Under the pieces are notes generated by a model. The model was not told where the DNA came from and ran no database searches. It was given only the letters and a program-made list of their open reading frames with translations. Positions 10,558 to 23,770 of a DNA stretch of 64,000 bases are shown in pieces. Source of the stretch: Chiloscyllium plagiosum (Eukaryota); contig NC_057718.1 of NCBI RefSeq assembly GCF_004010195.1, positions 41,499,803-41,563,802 of the forward strand. Direction: 5' to 3'. Numbering within the stretch: position 1 is the stretch's first letter; the number at the start of each line of letters is the position of its first letter. A program made the translations under genes and the position numbers.

Positions 10558-13511
10558 ACAATTGTCATGTTATCAGACCAATAAAATTAAATCTAAAAAA
10601 GGCTGTTGAAAGATTGTAATATATTAAGTGTTGCAGTTGAAAAAATATTGCTTGTCTTTATTAATGTGAGAAAGAAAAATGAGATGTGGTACAATATAGA
10701 ATTCTATGTTTCTACTAATGCTTACATTTTCACTAAAATTAGCAAAAATGTGAGCTTAAAACATTTTAATGAGACCCAGGTTTCATCTCTAAAAGGACAC
10801 CCAAATAGATGAGAAGATCACATTCAATTATAATACTTTACAACCTAGCCTTTATAGCCTATTACACTGATTGAGAAATCTTTCATAACATTCATTTATC
10901 TGAACATTTTTTGAAATTGTAATCTTTGTTATGTTGGCAACTTTCAGGCAAAAAGTACTTGCTAAGACTTTCAGTACACAATACCTTCAGTATTGTTACA
11001 ATTTTGTTTTCCAAAAAATGTTGATGTTTATACCTTGGTTATGAATTTATAAAAAGATAAACAACATGCTGTCCTTTGTTACTACTCTAACTAGCTTTAG
11101 CAGCGTGAGATACAATATAAGTAACAGTGCAGAGAAGAACTACTCTAATTCCAGGCTATCTGAGGCAGCCATACGACAAAAGTTAGGCTTGCTCCTATAT
11201 TCGAGGAGGGGAAATTTGTGGTTTAGTCAACTGCTAGGGATTAGCTCAGGAGTCATTTTAGGGGAAGCCTAGCATTAGGTTACTTGCCCATTGTCTTGGC
11301 TAGAAAATAGGGCCTGTCACCTGGGAAGTTGAAGAGTAAGATAACAACTTAAATATTTAGTATGGTAAGAAGATAAGCTCTGAATATGAATTTGCGAATG
11401 TCTAATTTACCAAATAAATAGTACAGAAATCTGCTCTTTTATTTGACAAGCATTTTCCCTTGTGAATTGTTTAGTGAAAATTAACTTGCTATTTCAAATA
11501 CTAAGATGGTTTATGATTGTTAGAAAGTTATGTTTTATCTTTGGTCTTGAGGAATGCTTAATCCCCATTCATAAAGGTCACTTCATCATCCAATATCCCA
11601 TCTGTGTTCCTTGAGAACTTAGAAGGACTGAGGTGGATAACATTCTAAGATTGAACCTCTCACTTATATTTCAGAGATATTTTCTTGTTAGGCTTTTTCA
11701 TGAAGCAGCCTTTTTGTCTGCCTGGTTCAACATATCAAAGATGTTTCTTTATCTCTAGCATGGGGCAGACACCTGGTAAAAACTGGCATGAAAGGGCATT
11801 CATGTTTGAATTGTACTGAGACAAAAAAAGGTAGCATAGGGGAAGACTGTCACAAATAAAACCAACTGATTACACAGGCAAAAAGGATAAGACCGTGAGG
11901 ACAGCAATTCCGTTATTATTGTAGGAAACCCATAATTTTGTGCTAGATCAACACTTTTTCAGTAAAGCTTGCAGTCCCAACGAGTGTGCTCCATTTCAAG
12001 TGTGATCAGCCAAAAGATATACTTCATATCAGATCGATCAACATAGCAAAGAGTATAATAATGTAGTCGTCTTTCAAAAGGAATTTGACTATTAATCGCT
12101 ACAGCACAAGCCAGCAAAGATAGCCTCACAGGGTTACACCTGGTTCCATGGTCTCAACTGGTTAGGGACAGAAGGGCTACAGTCATCGCAGTTTATGTCA
12201 AAAAATGGTGCAAAGATGAAGATTTCAGATTTCCAATGGCATCAGCAAATTCTGTAGAAGTAAAAGATGTACAACAAGGGTAACCTTGATTTGCTCTTGA
12301 TAAGTGTGAATTTAAACCTGCAGGTAAGGGGGAAAGGCGAACAAGGCTGAGTTTGTCAGGAGTTCTCCTGATTATTCCCTCCCACCAAACAAAAGATCTA
12401 TGGAAAGGTTTTAATATTAATCTTTATCGCCAATAGTAGATAAAGGTGGCCTCAAAAATAGTAGGGAATGAGATAAAAACTATGCAAAGCAAATAACACT
12501 AGGCAGGGTTATGAGGGATAAAAATAAGAATTTAGAGATAAAATAAGGAGAAAAATGCATGTAGATAAAAACATTAATGAATAAAATTAGGAAACTAGGG
12601 CAGTAACAAACAAGTAGTCAATAAGTTCAGCTAAGAGATTAATGAGCAGATTTCTATAATTTAGCCTGTATTTTGCAGAGCACTAAATTGTTTACAGCTT
12701 TGAATATGGAATCTGCAGACAGTTTAGAGAAATAAAAAAATTGTAAACCTATAAAAATGCATAACCTGGACACATAAAAAAAGGCGAACTGAATTCTTGC
12801 ATTTACAGTACAAACTGCACCTCCTAACCTAACATTCACACTTTCAGTCTGTGTCTACTTATGTTAGCACTAGTTAACCTCCAGTTAATGCCCACTACAT
12901 GCATACAACTAAACATAACTAATGTTAACAATGGGTGATTAGGAATTGGCATGGGAGTAGAATTTTGGGTGAGTGGAATTCTCATTGGAGAATGGTACAC
13001 CAGCCAGAAGTACACCACAGTAATTGATTGTAAAGTGACCACAGTATTTCCAAGAGCTACAAAAGTGTAGAAATTGAAATAGTAGAAGATGTTACAATGG
13101 TGGAAGCAGTTGGTCATTGTGATAGAGAGGTTATGGGTTTAAAAATTCAACTTATGGGTCAATCAAGACATAAACGATTGGATCTGACACAATAGTGGAG
13201 TAATGTGAGCTTGTTGCTAATGACAAGAGAAATAAATTCATAACAAAAAGCTTAAGACAATGGTTTTGATCTTCCCAGTTATTATCTCAACCTAATGAAT
13301 ATTGTCCCCCCTCCCCCCCCACCAAATAAAACATCAATGGAAAGGGTTTTAATATTAATATTTATCATTAATAATAGCAGTAGCAACTAAGTTGATTGAT
13401 AGAGCAATGAAGTCTCAGTGTTTAAAAATATTCCACTTCAAGCCTCAAAACATGTTGAGTTTACAATGATACATAGGGCTGAAGGATGTGCAATGTGGGC
13501 ATGTACATTAC

Positions 13512-13689
13512 CTAAAACAAAATGCAGCATCCAGTGCACGTTTCTTCCGCCGACTAGATTGTTGTGATTCTAGTCTATAGGTTGGTAATAGCATGAGGAG
13601 AAGGTGTGCCGTTTTCCCATTATAATGATTACTTTTCATTTTTCTCATATCACCACTGGAATAATCTCTTGGATAGTTGTCATAAATTC
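13512..13689 (-). CDS. TGFB2: TGF-beta2 exon 5 equivalent (end of LAP, furin site, start of mature peptide), 178 nt
   Basis: Translation (G)[58 protein letters not shown](R); acceptor ttatttttaaag, donor gtaatg; RRKKR at 13538-13552. Confidence 0.97.
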
Positions 13690-13900
13690 CTTTAAAAATA
13701 ACAACTCTTGTTAGAAAAGGTCACAATGCATATTCCTTCCTTCATGACATGTCACTATCGCAGTCAGGCCTTCTGCAAAACCAGATCAGATACTTGACTT
13801 ATTCCATATTAAAACTGAAACATTTCCCCGGTACAGATTTGATGTTCCAGTAACAATGTACATTGAATTAATTCTGGCTATTCCCTCATTTTCAGTTTCT

Positions 13901-13921
13901 GAGAGAGAGAGAGAGAGAGAG
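13901..13921. repeat. (GA)10 microsatellite
   Basis: gagagagagagagagagagag. Confidence 0.95.
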
Positions 13922-14750
13922 GAAGCACTCTGAAAAAGTAGGATTAGTGTTATCTGTACAATTGCCTCTCCTGAATGCTAATATAAAGAAAGAGTCATAT
14001 CAACCCAAGCAGAATGGCCCATCTGAACTGGTTAGTATCTATTTGTTTTCCTCTTATACTGAGCAACTAAGATAATTAGGGGGCGTTTTAACGTGAAGGG
14101 GAATGCAGGTGTCAGCGTGCAAAGGACATCAAAAATGGGAATGCTGTAGGAACACATTGACCTCTGCAATTAACTTTGGAATGTGATCAAACATGTTGGT
14201 ATCCTTCATGGGAAAAGCAGGTCTGTGATTTAAATATACAAATGTCTGCAGCTTTAACCCTGGATTCTCGCTTTAACTGCCGATGCACAGATTTCATGGC
14301 AATCACCAGGGTTAACAACCCAAGCACAGTTAGAGTTAATGGAACTATGAAATAGTCAGGCTGGGAAGCCTTTAAGTACCAAGATATGACAGTTGCTCCC
14401 TTGCCTCAGTGAATGAGTCTGATATTTTTCCTGCATGGGTTAAAAATGCCTTTATTTCGCAACTGCTATATGCTATTTGTATCTTTTTTTCTCTCTGCAA
14501 AGACTGTATGGGGGAACAGACTGAATTTTGTATGTGGTTATGGATAGTCTTTTTAGGAAAAAGGTATATTTTTTGCAATAAACAAAGAATTTAATGTGAG
14601 AGCTTGCTTTCTTGGATTTAAAAGTGATTTTTCACATTTGAACAACATTTGTGCTCCCTTGGACTTTATTATCGTCTGGCTGTCAACCTTCTCCACAGCC
14701 TTGGAGCAACTAATGCAGCTCGACTCTGAATGTTGTTGAGCAACAAGAGA

Positions 14751-14783
14751 AGCAGCAGCAGAAACATCAGCAGCAGCAGCAGC
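14751..14783. repeat. Interrupted (AGC)n tract
   Basis: agcagcagcagaaacatcagcagcagcagcagc. Confidence 0.6.
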
Positions 14784-14823
14784 CTTCCCCTTAGAAACCT
14801 GCTGAGTACCAGCTTTCTGAATG

Positions 14824-14945
14824 AAAACCGAAAGAACTGCAGATGCTGTAAATCAGAAACAAAAACCTGCTGGAAAAGCTCAGCGGGTCTGGCAGCATCT
14901 GTGGAGAGAAATCAGAGTTAACGTTTTGGGTTGAGGAAGGGTCAT
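14824..14945. mobile_element. Short Penelope-terminus-derived element (family B)
   Basis: gaaagaactgcagatgctgtaaatcagaaacaaaaa...gctggaaaagctcagc...gagttaacgtttt is the reverse complement of 50385-50495; ends in tgaggaagggtca. Confidence 0.8.
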
Positions 14946-17432
14946 TCTCCTTTCTTCCTGTCCCTGGCTCAAACCCTGAGCTAAGACCAATGTTAACATC
15001 AGAGCTAGTTCAGGACATACAAAAGATTAAACTTGGAAGCTGCTTAGCAATTAGCAGAAATATCCCTTTAAGAGCAAGATTTATCCCAGACTAAGCCAAC
15101 AAAAATCAGACAGATAATCCACTGGGAACTGCAGAATTTTCCGCTGGACTGCCAATCAGCAACAGAATGTTAAGATTTGCTTCAGTTTGTAATTGACTAA
15201 AATATAGAGATTTGTATTGAACAGTCTGTACTTACATAGTGTGCAAATGGCAACAGGAGATGCAAGCCCAACATTTGCATGGTAATGAGGTGAAAAAATG
15301 TCTTGCCCTCAATTTCCTCAATATCTCAGCTGCACCTCTTTTCACTGGTTCCCCTTAAAGGTGAGCTTTTACCTTGTATCTCTTAGATTGGAAAATCTGA
15401 GGGTACCCAATCAGCACTGTAAAATCTGACAAAAGGTAAGTGGGCGACATTTTTTGTAGCTCAGTTAGATTTTCAGGTCTGATGTTTTCCAAAAGAAGTC
15501 TTTTAATTTAATTTTGTAGCTGTATTCCTGTCCCCACCCTGTTTGCTGGTCATTGATGTTGTCAGTGGAATGGGCCTACACCAGAGGTGTAGATGTAACT
15601 ATCTGAACATTTACCTCAGGCTGTCACATGCCTGGGCAGAGGGCAGTGAAGAAAATGAGTCCATTAGGTCCATATGGACTTGCAGCCTTTATTTTTAAGA
15701 GGATTCATCACCCCAAGAGAGACCTTAAATGGGTAAAATCTGACATTAATATAACAGCATGCTAAAACTTTTGAAAGCAAGAAACTCAAATGGCACTGAA
15801 CCTGAGCTAAATGGGTCATTGCTAATTTCTCAAACTCTCCATTAGTCCTGCCTCAGGACTCCCATTTAGACACTGCTTTGAAAATAACTTCAATAATTGA
15901 TTATACTAATTAAGGCCACTCAATGCTTCAGTTCAGGGCTCTAAGATATTCACTTGGATTTAAGTGTTTCTCTTGGTAACTAAAATATTTTACTTAATTG
16001 TTAGAACTTAAAAGATTCAATGTTACATTACTGTGAAATTCCATAAATATGACCTAACTAAGGTCTGTTAACTTAAGGAATCTCTGGAATGCTTACTGTT
16101 TCCAGTAGCAAGATCCATTTTTCCAGCAACTGTAATGTATGTTACTGTAGTGCTGTACTAAATGCAGTTACAGCTGCTCAAAATCCTGAATTCCAGTGGC
16201 GGTCCTAGCAATGATATGGAGAAGTTAAGTTAATAAAATGGAGTTTTAATAAGGACTAACATAAGCTTAAAAACAGCTCAAAGCCAAGATGGACAAAGTC
16301 AAATGTTAATAAGTTATATTATGGCTTATAGCTGATTCATTTTAATCTAAGAATATCAAAGTACTATTCTCCAGATACTGTTTTGGCACTAGTCCACTTT
16401 TGTTACCATTTTCTCACTGCTATTAAATGGCAAATTTTGATTCATTGGTTTGGCTTTGTTGGAATATTTATGTTATGAAAAACTGGACAATTATTGTTTA
16501 TCAAAGACACAAGCCATATTAAAACAATAGTAGTAAACTAACTAGTCAGACAAGTCATTCCCATTAACATGAACCTTCGACTCACTGTCACAAAATGGAA
16601 AAATATTTTCCGAGTAATTATGTTTTTCTTGTTTTTAAGAAGTAGTTGTCGCTGACATTGGAGAATGAATGTCTTCATCCCAAAACAGTTACAAGGAAAA
16701 TCCTTGGAGAAGTTTTAAAAATTCTTGGCTGTAAAAAGGATCTGTTTTAGAATGTACATAAGTATCAATAGCAATCATTTTTGATGTCAAAAGAGTCCCC
16801 ACCATGGACTCTCTCTGACAGATCAGTGCATGAGTTGGTATGTTTTGGGGGCATTCAAACTTGATCCTCTTCCTTTTAGGAAACTAAACAATTTTAATCA
16901 ATGTTCAAACAGGACAAAATGGCTACTTTTTACAAATACCTCAGAAACTGGCAAGGCACTGGCTCAATTTGAATACATTACAAGGGATAACCATCTTCTG
17001 TCTAAGAGACCTTCTTAATTACAAGCTGGAGGCTAAATAGTTATTTCTCAGTCCTAATCTCTCTGGTAGTGAATGATCAATTGCCATACACTTTCAGTGC
17101 AAATCATGAATATTTTGCTGCAAAATCCATTCAAAATTACATATGCAATATGATTTTAGCAGGTAGAATTGGTTTTGTTCCAAAGTCATTCTAACTAATC
17201 CTACTATTAAAACCAGAGCCTTTACAATCTATCAGTAAAACTCAAAATGGCAGCTATAAATGACAGATGACACAGGACCAAAGGAAATTTTACATGAAAT
17301 TACAACACAGGCCTTAAGCAGACAATTGAAGCTGAAACCAACAACTTACAGAACTGAAGGAAGTACCATTGCCCAGGATAGACTGCATGAAATGTTGTAA
17401 TTTACGTGAGATTATTTGTAAATTGTGTATTA

Positions 17433-17648
<216 letters not shown>

Positions 17649-17683
17649 TCATAAAATGAAAAGTTAAAATCAGAACACTTTAC

Positions 17684-17816
17684 CTCGATGGAGAAGCCAT
17701 TCATTAACTGTCTCAGTGACGTCAAATGACAGCCATTCTCCTTCTGTTCTCGTCCGTACAACTTTACTGTCAATATACCGTTGGGATGGAGACGAAGGTT
17801 CTTTAGATTTTAGAAT
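17684..17816 (-). CDS. TGFB2: TGF-beta2 proprotein, coding exon equivalent to human exon 3 (LAP), 133 nt
   Basis: Minus-strand translation [44 protein letters not shown](D); acceptor ttcttatcctcag, donor gtaaag; phase 0 in, phase 1 out. Confidence 0.97.
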
Positions 17817-18604
17817 CTGAGGATAAGAATGTAATAATGGTATTTTTTTTCCCTGATAACATCCATTTTAATCAAAGATTATTCATTTTCCCTAAGAATG
17901 GGACAGATTTTTGTTACTGGCCAGAATTTTGATAAAAATGCCAGTACATGGAATCTGGCAAGCAGACAGCCTGTATCGCCTTAGTGAGCACATTGTAGAA
18001 AATTTCTTCTGATGATGTTTGCTGGATGGAACAAAATAATCCTGTCAGGAAGCTGACTTGTGAAGAGAAGGAAATCAAAAGGAACCTTTCAGTAGAACTA
18101 AACTGAATTTATGAGGCAACCAGATTAAGAGATCTAAGGTGAATGGGTCCTCAACTAATCTTATTTTGCCTTTGAATAATGAATTCCAAAACTATGAACA
18201 GGAAAGCAGGGTGGGGAGTGAAATTCTGAGCCAATATTGAAAAAAATTGAAATCCTATCCAAAGAGTAGATTTATCACAATGGGTGGTGGAAAAATGAAA
18301 CCAGGTCTGATGTAGATACTAGGTGAATTGAAATTTTAATGACTGTGATAATAGATTTTTATTGGGTCACAGTACAGAATGATATGAATAAATGGTGGAA
18401 AAATGGAACTGAGATACAGATCGGTCATGATTTAATTGAATGGTCGTATATTCCTCTAATCCCATCCATTACTACTGCGTTTTACAATCTGATAGAGCAA
18501 AATTTAAGTGTCCTGACTTTATTGGATGGTTTTATTTATTTTTACTTCAAGGTGATACACTTTCCTCAGTATATTTAAAAGTTCTGAAATATTTGAATAG
18601 GGTT

Positions 18605-18790
18605 GTAGTCATAGAGATCTACAGCACAGACAAAGTTCCTTCAACCCATCGAGTCTGCACCAGTCAAAAACAAGCATCGAACTATTCTAATCCCATTTTC
18701 CAATATTTGGCTGTAGCTTGTCTACCTTGGCATCGCAAGGGCATATCTAAATCCTTCTTCAATGTTATGAGGGTTTCTGCCTCTACTACT
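18605..18790 (-). mobile_element. CR1-type LINE 3' tail fragment, interrupted by a SINE
   Basis: catagagatctacagcacaga...ccttcaacccatcgagtctgcac; appears to resume at ~19098. Confidence 0.6.
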
Positions 18791-19097
18791 GGGATGGCAC
18801 AGTGACTCAGTGGTTAGAGACCCGGGTTTGATTCCAGCTCAGGTGACTGTCTGTGTGAAGTTTGCACATTCTTCCCCATTTGCATGGGTTTCCTCTCGGT
18901 GCTTCAGTTTCTTCCCACAGTCTAAAGATGTGCAGGTTAGGTGGATTGGCTAAATTGACCATAGTATTCAGGGATGTGTAGGTTAGGTATATTAGTCAGG
19001 GAGGAATGTGTCAGGGTGGGATATTCTTTGGATGGTCGGTTTGGACTTGTTGGGCCAAATGGCCTGTTTGCACACTGTAGAGATTCTATGATTCTAT
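18791..19097 (+). mobile_element. HE1-type V-SINE with a deletion between the A and B boxes
   Basis: ggcacagtgactcagtggttag joined directly to gacccgggtttgattcc; V-domain; tail gattctatgattctat. Confidence 0.9.
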
Positions 19098-20754
19098 CCT
19101 TACAGGTAGTGAGTACCAAATTCAGTGCAAACTCAGTAGATCCATGGAGGTCATACATATTTCCAAACTATTTTATTCAAGTTGTTCATTAAATACTCAA
19201 GGCATGCACAGCTGTGCATTGACAATCCTCCTACTCCACATCTTGCACACATTGCAATTTGTTCCTGAATCAAAATAGATCTTATGTCTTTGGTTGTGGC
19301 TTATGTGTAATATTTACATCTTTATAGCCTTGAATATACAACACAAATGAAATATATTCACATGAGACCATTCAAGATATTGCAATCTTATCTTTTCCTG
19401 AAATCACACATAAAACATACTTCACTGACATATCAATTGAATGGGATGTTTTGTATAACCTGCTATTAGAAAGAGTTATGAACTATGTGTTTTCCTCCAC
19501 CCTTCATGGTTTATCAGATAGTGTTACATTGAAGAATGGTACATTGAAGATGATTACGACCCATTTCATCCAACTGACTAGCTGTAGTCAAGCTGTACCT
19601 CTTCCAACAAACTCAACAGAAGGTTTTCACTGTTTACCATTTGTAGCAAAAATTGTAAATATGTGTATGAAGTGTACATTTACAAATCAGCATGACAGTA
19701 ACATAGTTCTCTGTCTTTCTCTGCACATTATGCAAAGTTGAAATACTCAATAGTGGAGGAAAAGCTACTGTTGCTGACAACTGCAAGACAGATAGATCAC
19801 TTGCTTTCTGTTTCTTGTTCCAGGCTTCTCTACTGCAGCCGTTCCTTTCTTGGAGAGCATATGAATAATAATGCAGAATGCAGCTACCAGCATTCAGCAG
19901 GCCAAGCACGGAGAAGAAGTATGATTGGATATTTTTGATCTTGGACTAGCCAGCTATTACCGAGCTGGCGATTCTGCCGTTTTACTGGGAAGACAGAATA
20001 GGCAGATACATAAGATGGAATTTAATTTTCTCTGTGTGAACCCAGGCAGCTTCCCACTTCAACTCCAATTAAGTCTGATGCAGGAAGGTTCCTGGACAGC
20101 TTTCCCACTTTCCAGGCAAGTCCACATTTAGTGTCTAATTAGGGGTTTCTTCCCACTATGATAGATTTTCCAAGGCACACTGTGCTTGACTGAGAGACCC
20201 AGCATTTGGAAAGGGGAGCCAGCTGAGTATCATCCTCCCACCTTTGCTGCTAATCCCCCTACACATCCATGAGTGCCCCATTATCCTCACTCACCAGCGA
20301 TGGGTCCAGAGGCAGTCTGAGTTCTCTTCCTGACAGAAGCCATCACCACTCCCCCATGACATTGCCTGCATTTGACAGGTACTAACTTCTGATTGGCTCT
20401 AAAAAAGACAGGTGGTCTGGCTGTGGGGTTCTTGATGCTGGAGAGGGCCTGCCACTGGCCACTTAAATGCCTGAAATTACTTGCAGACTTTCCCAAAGAG
20501 GCAGGCTCCCAATTCCCTGGAATACTGTCCAGTTAGACCAACAGTCCACTTTTTGAGGTAACTGTTGTTTTGCTTTTCCAGGAATTGTTTAAAAAGGTAG
20601 GCATTCCTTCTCTATATTATCATGGTGCAAGCACTATTTTTCATAATAATAATATCACACAGTTATTAATTGCCAATTTCTTTGAGGAAAATGGTATAAC
20701 TTGGACTGGGGGAAAGGCACTATGTCAAGCATGTTATTCTGTCAGCAGAACAAT

Positions 20755-23700
20755 TTATTTTTATTCATCGATGGGATGTGAGCATCGCTGGCTAGGCCAG
20801 CATTTATTGGGCATCCCTATTTGCCCTTGAGATTATAGTAATCAGCTTCGGTCTTGAACCGTTGCGGTTCAAGTGGATTAAGTACAATTAAGCAGGGGGA
20901 TTCTAGGATTTTGACCAAGCAACAGTGAAATATCTCCAAGCCAGAAATGGTGTGTAGCACAGAGGGGACCTTGCAGGTAGTGGTTTCCCATGCATTTGCT
21001 TTCCTTCTCCTTCACAGTGGTGGAGGTCACAGATTTGGATGGCGCAGTCAAAGGAGTAGGGCATCTTGTACAATATGCACAGCTCTGCCACTGCATTGGG
21101 ATGAATGGGATGAATGTTATGGCTGGTGAACAGGAAGCCAATAAAGCAGGCTTTCTCCTGGATAGTATTAACTTCTCGAATGTTATCGGAGCTGCATTCA
21201 TCTAGCCAAGTGGAGCATATTATCATCACATCCATGACTTGTGCTTCATAGATGAACAGTCTTTGAGGAGCCAAGAACTGAGTTACGCACCTCAAAGTTC
21301 CCAGCATCTGACCAGTGCTTGCAGTGAAAGTATTTATATGGCTAGTCCAGTTCAGTTTCTGGCTAATAGTAACCCCCACGCTGTTGACAATCGGTGATTC
21401 AATAATAGCAATGCCATTGAATATCAAAGTTGATGCTTGGATCCTCTCTTGTCAGTGATAGTCACTGCTTGGCATTTGTGTGGTATGAATGTCACTTGCC
21501 ACTTATCAGCCTATGCCTGAAAGTTGTCCAAGTCTTTTTACAGTTGAACATGGACTGTTTCAGTATCTGAGGAGTTGTGAATGGTGCTGGACATTGAGCA
21601 ATCATCACCAAAAATCCCCACTTCTGACCTTATGATGGAGGGAAGGTCCTTGATGAAGCAGCTGAAATTGGTTAGGTCTCGGACACTACACTGAGGAACT
21701 CCTGCAGAGGTGTCATGGAGGTGAGATGATTGACCTCCAACAACCACAGCTATATCTCTTTGTGGTAGGCTAAGAGCATTGTGGAAGATCCCACACAACC
21801 CTCACTCAAACTCTGCTCCCTCCTGTCATCTGGCAGAAGATACCGGAGCATTTGGTTTCTCAAAGCCAGGCTGTGCAACGGTTTCTTCCCCCAAGCGATC
21901 AGGCTCCTTAACACAATATGATTAGACTCTTTCCCCATCTGAAGTTCTTTGCATGACTTTGAATTGCTGCTAGAAAAAATGTCTATTACTAATCATTCTT
22001 CTATTAGATTGTAACTTGTGTGTTTTGCACTTCTTATGTACTTTATGCCAAGTATGATTATGGTACGTGCTGTCCTTGTAGCACCCTTGGTCCTGGAGGA
22101 ACGCGGTCTCGTTTTTACTGTATCAGTTGTATATGGTAGAAATGACAAATAAAAGCTTCTCTGTCTCTCTCTCTATGACTTGAGCTGATGGAGTTTATTT
22201 TCAGATTCCCATTGACTTTGGATTTGCTAGGGAGCTCCTTAATGCCAGGCTTGGTCCATTGCTGCCTTAATATTCCAACATTGTCTCTAGAGTCAGTATC
22301 TTTATCCATCACAGGACAAGCCTGTACTAAGGTCAGGAGCTGAATAATTCTGGTGAGACCCAAACTAAGCATCAATGAGTAGGTTGTCACTCCACAAGTG
22401 AAGCTTGACAGCACTGTCAATGTCCCCTTTAATCACTTTGCTAGTCATTGAGAGTAGACAGGGGCAGTAATTAACTGGGTCAGATCTATTCTGCTTTTTG
22501 TGAACAGGGTAAATTTAAGCAATTTTCCACATTGCCAGGTCAATGCCAATGTTGTAGCCCCTAAGCGTGTGATTAACTTTGGTGCATAGGTCTTCAGAAA
22601 GGCAAGAACTTCACTAGGTTGACATCTCATTTTAGGTATGCCTGATGCTCCTCCTTCGGCACTCTTCACTGAACCAGGGTTGCTCCTCAGCCTGACTGTG
22701 TATTGGGACCATGAGGCTACAGAGTATATTATTGTTGCTGCTATTGATCCACAGCACCTCATGGATGCCCAGTTTGATTTTCTCGAGGTGTTCTTTCTTA
22801 TTTAAAGCAGCACTAATGTCACAAAATGCAGTGTTGGGTATCCTCAATCTGAAGATCAGACTTTATCTCTACGTGGTCTGAGTAGTGGCAACCCTAACCA
22901 ATTCTATCATGAACAGGTGTAGGTGCAACATACAGATTGGTGAGGAAGAGATAAAGCAACTTTCTCCCTTTTGTTGTTCTTTCCCCATCTGCTTTGGATC
23001 CAGCCTAGTTACTACATTCTTTAGGGCTTGGCCAGTGGGTCACTTTGAAGCTATTGTATCACTCTTAGTAATGAGCACTGGAGACCCACACCCAGACTAT
23101 ATTCTGTGCATTTGCCACCCTCCATCTGCTGTTCAATATGGAGGAGTACTAATTCATCGGCTGAGGTGAGAGCTGGTCAGGTAGAACTGTCCATGTTTTA
23201 TCAAGTAACATGATACTTGGTCTGAAATCAATGCTGAGGGCTCAGAACGGAATTCCATCTTAACTGTATACTATTGTATCACCACCTCAAGCCAATGCTT
23301 GACTCGACTGCTGGCCAGCTCTCCTAATATTTGGCACAAACTCTCAGATGTTAGTATAGGACCTTGCAACATCGACAGGGCTGGGTTTACTGTTGTTGGT
23401 TCCAGTGTCTAGCTCAATGCAGATGGTTCATCTGATTTAGTTCCAATTTTTATGGTAGCCTCATACAATTGAATGATTCGTAGTTTGTTTCAGAGGGTAT
23501 TTAAGAGTCAATCACATTGCTGTGGATCTGGATTCCCATGTAGGCGAGACCACGTTAAAAACAGGTTTCCTTTCTAAAAGACTTTAATGAACAAGATGGA
23601 TTTTTGACAAGTTTCAATGGTCCATTTACCATTACACTGCTTTGTGTTCCAGGTTTATTAATTGAATTTAAGCTCCACAGTTGGAATGTATGCAATAGTG

Positions 23701-23770
23701 AGTTTTGAACCCATATCCCCAGAAAACAAGCTGGGTCTCCAGGTTACTGATCCAGTGACATTGTCCCTAT
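20755..23770 (-). mobile_element. Decayed CR1/L2-group LINE with a tRNA/Deu-like 5' region
   Basis: ORF 21538..21798 (SAGVPQCSV..FSCFIKDLPSIIRSEVGIFGDDC) is an RT remnant; ORFs 20903..21427 and 22445..22762 are LINE-like; 23490-23770 resembles a DeuSINE head. Confidence 0.8.
21772..22172 (+). mobile_element. Rex1/Babar-like LINE 3' end nested in the older LINE
   Basis: Translation AKSIVEDPTQPSLKLCSLLSSGRRYRSI...RLCNGFFPQAIRLLN, then AATAAA and a (TC)n tail. Confidence 0.75.
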
